Assembly: GCF_004765795.1 (NCBI RefSeq)
Contig: NZ_SBIV01000001.1
Coordinates: 558,001 to 622,000 of the forward strand
Direction of reading: 5' to 3'
Length of the DNA stretch: 64,000 nucleotides
DNA from: Halorussus marinus
GTDB taxonomy: Archaea; Halobacteriota; Halobacteria; Halobacteriales; Haladaptataceae
This document shows, in pieces, positions 60,972 to 64,000 of the stretch. Numbering within the stretch: the first letter of the stretch is position 1; the number at the start of each line of letters is the position of its first letter. The notes under the pieces were generated by a model. The model searched no databases and was not told the origin of the DNA. It worked only from the letters and a program-made list of their open reading frames with translations. Both the position numbers and the translations under genes were made by a program.

Positions 60972-62294
60972 TCAGTCGTCGCCCGCCGCGGCTTCGGCCG
61001 CGGGCTCCTCGGCTTCGAGCTCCGCGGTTTCGAGGTAGTCGTCGACGTCGAGCGCGGCTTTCGAGCCCATTCCCGCGGCGGTCACCGCCTGCTGGTAGTG
61101 GAAGTCGACCACGTCGCCGGCGCCGAAGAGGCCGGGCACGCCGGTCGCGGTCTGGCCGCCGCCGGTCCCGCCTTCGGTCTGCAGGTAGCCGGCGTCGTCC
61201 ATCTCGACGCCGGTCCCTTCGAGGTACTCCGTGTTGGGGGTGTGGCCGATGGCGAGGAACACCGCGCCGACGTCGAACTCGATCTCCTCGGTCTCGGGGT
61301 CCTCGAGCTTCTGGGAGGGGTAGCCCTCGGGATTGCGGACGAGCGTCGCGTAGTCGACGCCATCCTCGACCGAGCCGTGGATCTCGGTGACCTCGGTGTT
61401 TTTCATGATCTCGATCTCGCCCTCCTCGACTTTCTCCTGGATGCGGTCGATCCAGTAGTCCTCGGCGCGGAACTCCTCGCGCCGGTGGGCGATGTACACC
61501 TTCTCGGCGAACTTCGTGAGGAAGTTGGCCTCCTCCATCGCGGCGTCGCCGCCGCCGACCACGAGCATCTCCTCGTCGCGGAAGAACGCGCCGTCGCAGG
61601 TCGCGCAGGTCGAGACGCCGTAGCCCATCAGCTCGTCTTCGCCCGGGATGCCCAGCGTCCGGGCGCTGGCGCCCGAGGCCGCGATGAACGCGTCGGCGGT
61701 GTAGACGTCGCCGTTGGTCAGTTCGACGCGGAACGGCCGTCGGGAGTCGTCGACCGACTCGATGACGCCGTTGCGGATCTCGGTGCCGAACCGCTCGGCC
61801 TGCTCTTTCATCCGGTTGATGAGGTCGGGACCGCTGAGTCCCTCGGGGAATCCGGGGTAGTTCTCGACTTCGGTCGTCAGGGTGAGCTGGCCGCCCGGCT
61901 CGTCGCCTTCGAGCACCAGCGGGTCGTTGTTCGACCGCGCGGCGTAGATGGCGGCGCTCAGCCCGGCGATCCCGCTCCCGGCGATGATCAGCCGGCGGTG
62001 TTCGACTGCGCCGTCGGCGACGCCGGTCTCGACGCCGAGCTTCTCGTCGAGTTCGCCCGTCTCGTCGAGCGCACTGGTGTCGTCCCAGCCGCCGATCAGT
62101 TCGTCGTCGATGAACACTTCCGGCGCGGTCTTGCGGCCGTCGGCGCGCTCGACCATCTCCTCGAACAGTTCGTCGTCGCCGGTCACGTTGTACGTCTCGT
62201 ACTCGACTCCCTTCTGATCGAAGAGGTCCATCGCTTTCTCGCAGTACGAGCAGTCGTCCTTCGTGTAGATTTCGACCCGCGGGTGTTCGATCAT
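60972..62294 (-). CDS. trxB: Thioredoxin reductase with N-terminal glutaredoxin domain
   Basis: Grx: YTKDDCSYC, TAPEVFI..IGGWDD. TrxR: GSGIAG, GGQL, ENYPGF, CATCD, GGGDAA, HRR, GDV. Confidence 0.92.
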   Translation of the reverse strand: MIEHPRVEIYTKDDCSYCEKAMDLFDQKGVEYETYNVTGDDELFEEMVERADGRKTAPEVFIDDELIGGWDDTSALDETGELDEKLGVETGVADGAVEHRRLIIAGSGIAGLSAAIYAARSNNDPLVLEGDEPGGQLTLTTEVENYPGFPEGLSGPDLINRMKEQAERFGTEIRNGVIESVDDSRRPFRVELTNGDVYTADAFIAASGASARTLGIPGEDELMGYGVSTCATCDGAFFRDEEMLVVGGGDAAMEEANFLTKFAEKVYIAHRREEFRAEDYWIDRIQEKVEEGEIEIMKNTEVTEIHGSVEDGVDYATLVRNPEGYPSQKLEDPETEEIEFDVGAVFLAIGHTPNTEYLEGTGVEMDDAGYLQTEGGTGGGQTATGVPGLFGAGDVVDFHYQQAVTAAGMGSKAALDVDDYLETAELEAEEPAAEAAAGDD

Positions 62295-62443
62295 GGTGCA
62301 ATATTGACGTGCGGTGGGTATTTAGCTTGTGTTGTGTCGTCGTCTTTCCGGTAGTTCAGACGGGGGTCGCGACCGCCTCGGCCCCCAACGCGGCCGCCAC
62401 CGCTCTCGAAGGGCTTACGGTTCGGCCGGGCGTGGGTTCGGCC

Positions 62444-62728
62444 ATGGCCGCCGATCTGGGTGAGAAGACCGACCGCTACGAGGGCCTGCTCGCCGAGGCG
62501 CTCGACGCCGCCGAGATCGCTCCGCCGCCGGACTCGCCGATGGGCGAGGCCGCGGCGGAGTGTCTGGAGATGGCGAGTTCGTACCTCGAAGACGGTCGTC
62601 ACTTCCGGACGAACGACGACCTCGTAAACGCCCTCGCGTCTTTTTCGTACGGCCACGCGTGGCTGGACGCGGGCGCTCGGGTCGGACTGTTCGACGTCCC
62701 CCGGGACGGCCACCTATTTACGGTGTGA
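62444..62728 (+). CDS. DUF357 family protein
   Basis: MASSYLEDGRHF...VNALASFSYGHAWLDAG. Confidence 0.88.
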   Translation: MAADLGEKTDRYEGLLAEALDAAEIAPPPDSPMGEAAAECLEMASSYLEDGRHFRTNDDLVNALASFSYGHAWLDAGARVGLFDVPRDGHLFTV

Positions 62729-62801
62729 CGTAGCGCCGAGGTCGCCGTTCCCGGCGACTACAAGAAACCTCGTCAAGTGCGACGGGGCCGGGGCTCGCGC
62801 G

Positions 62802-63428
62802 TCAGCGGCGACTGCCGTAACGTCGGTCGCTGTCCCCGTCGGTTTGGTTCCGTCGGTCGCCGTCGTCGTGCTGGCCGCCCTCCGGGCCGCCCGCGCCCCG
62901 CTGGCGTCGACGGCGGCCGTACCGGCGGTCGGACTGCCGGTCGTCGTTCTCCCGGCCGTAGTCGATGGTCCCGCCGGTCTCCCGACTCGTTGGAATGATG
63001 TCATCGCGTGCGCGCTCGCGTCGGCTCGGTCCGTGGCCGCCCTCCTCGACGTACGATCCCCGACCCTGTTTTGGCTCGCCGCCGCGCGAGCGGGCGTCTC
63101 CCTCCGGGCGGTGGTCCTCGCGGTCGGCGTTCGACTCTCGGCCTCCAGAAGCGGGGTCGCCGTGTCGGCCCTCGTCGCCGCTGTGGCGCCGGCTTGACTC
63201 GCCCGAATGCGGGCTTTGGGACGCGTCGGCGTCGGTTTCACGCCCACCGGCGTACCGGCTCGTGCGGTCCTCGTCGTCGCGCTGGCGTGCCCGTCTGGCC
63301 CGGTCGCGGTCGGCGGCGTCGCCGTACCGGTTGGCGTGGCGCGCATCGGATGGGTCTCGGTCGGTCCGGTCGTCGTCCCGTCGGTCGTCGGTCTCGTCGC
63401 GCCGCTGGTCGTGGTGCGGATTCGCCAT
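62802..63428 (-). CDS. Low-complexity hydrophilic R/D/G-rich protein
   Basis: GGAGGAG SD 6 nt before ATG; 208 aa with almost no hydrophobic residues. Confidence 0.6.
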   Translation of the reverse strand: MANPHHDQRRDETDDRRDDDRTDRDPSDARHANRYGDAADRDRARRARQRDDEDRTSRYAGGRETDADASQSPHSGESSRRHSGDEGRHGDPASGGRESNADREDHRPEGDARSRGGEPKQGRGSYVEEGGHGPSRRERARDDIIPTSRETGGTIDYGRENDDRQSDRRYGRRRRQRGAGGPEGGQHDDGDRRNQTDGDSDRRYGSRR

Positions 63429-63546
63429 GGTGTACTCCTCCAGATAGACTTCCCCGAGCGTTTCCTTAGGCGTGCCGGCCCGGTCGGTCCCGCGGGGTCG
63501 TAACCGCGGCAAGTTTTTTCTATCAGCCTCGCACACGTATCCACGT

Positions 63547-63726
63547 ATGAACGAAACGTACGTCCGGCTGCTCTGCCCAGAGTGTGCCAAAGATTGGCAA
63601 GAAGGCCCAGACGAGCTCCCGGCGCCCGAGGAGATGTTTCACTGCCCGAACTGCCACGCGACCCGCCGGACGTCGGAGTTCACTCGCACCGAACGCGACC
63701 TCGAAACGCTGAAACAGTTCCAGTAG
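63547..63726 (+). CDS. Small CPxC zinc-finger protein
   Basis: 59 aa, CPEC...CPNC. Confidence 0.8.
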   Translation: MNETYVRLLCPECAKDWQEGPDELPAPEEMFHCPNCHATRRTSEFTRTERDLETLKQFQ

Positions 63727-64000
63727 TCACTCCCCGGTCGCCGACCGGGCGCCACACGCCTCACACCGGAGTAACACCGCTCCCTGTTCGCGTTCGAGCC
63801 GCGTGTCCGGTAGTCCACACTCCGAACAGAGGACGAACTCCTCGCTGTACTCGGCGATCGCGTCCTCGATGCGATCCTGTCGAAACTCGCCGGTCAGGCG
63901 CGCACGCCCGCTCTCGTCGATGTGGGCGCTCGTTCCGAGTTCGTCCTGCAGGAACTTCAGGACGTGTTCGCCGTCGCGGTCGAGTCGGTCGAGCGTCTCC
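63727..64000 (-). CDS. Translation initiation factor 2 subunit beta (3' part, truncated by window edge)
   Basis: Manual translation: LKFLQDELGTSA...LTGEF...FVLCSECGLPDT...LRCEACGA*. Confidence 0.9.
   Translation of the reverse strand, partial: ETLDRLDRDGEHVLKFLQDELGTSAHIDESGRARLTGEFRQDRIEDAIAEYSEEFVLCSECGLPDTRLEREQGAVLLRCEACGARSATGE

Noticed and set aside
62844..63503. Val/Ala-rich plus-strand ORFs resembling membrane proteins
   Set aside because: Antisense of GAC/CGC-rich codons of the minus-strand gene, which has the SD and ATG

Overview
GC-rich haloarchaeal (Halobacteria-type) chromosomal DNA with acidic proteins and many apparently leaderless genes about 25 nt behind TATA-like boxes. 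In order: a glycerol locus (HAD phosphatase, membrane protein and glpK, divergent from glpABC); a ~19 kb N-glycosylation locus from DUF368/aglB to aglJ holding a Wzx-type flippase, four glycosyltransferases and six alkaline-phosphatase-superfamily paralogues; acyl-CoA synthetase, thiolase-DUF35, two hydrolases and mvk-ipk; EamA, an NtaA/DszA-type monooxygenase, a frameshifted secreted protein, surE and carbonic anhydrase; aroK-chorismate mutase, cdc48, lhr, rpa-rpap-phosphoesterase, an arylsulfotransferase-like protein and a riboflavin reductase; several secreted Thr/sequon-rich proteins, a Grx-TrxR fusion, small zinc fingers and the 3' end of aIF-2 beta. The best candidate for an under-described system is the aglB locus: six Thr-nucleophile AlkP enzymes without signal peptides, all ending in an LxxLGY[LIM]E tail (possible glycan-decorating transferases), plus a DUF368 carrier-lipid recycler beside an AglB that has its own sequon array. 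I saw no CRISPR, rRNA, tRNA or IS element. All calls come from motif recognition by eye, with no database searches. Many start codons were moved downstream of the ORF-track starts.
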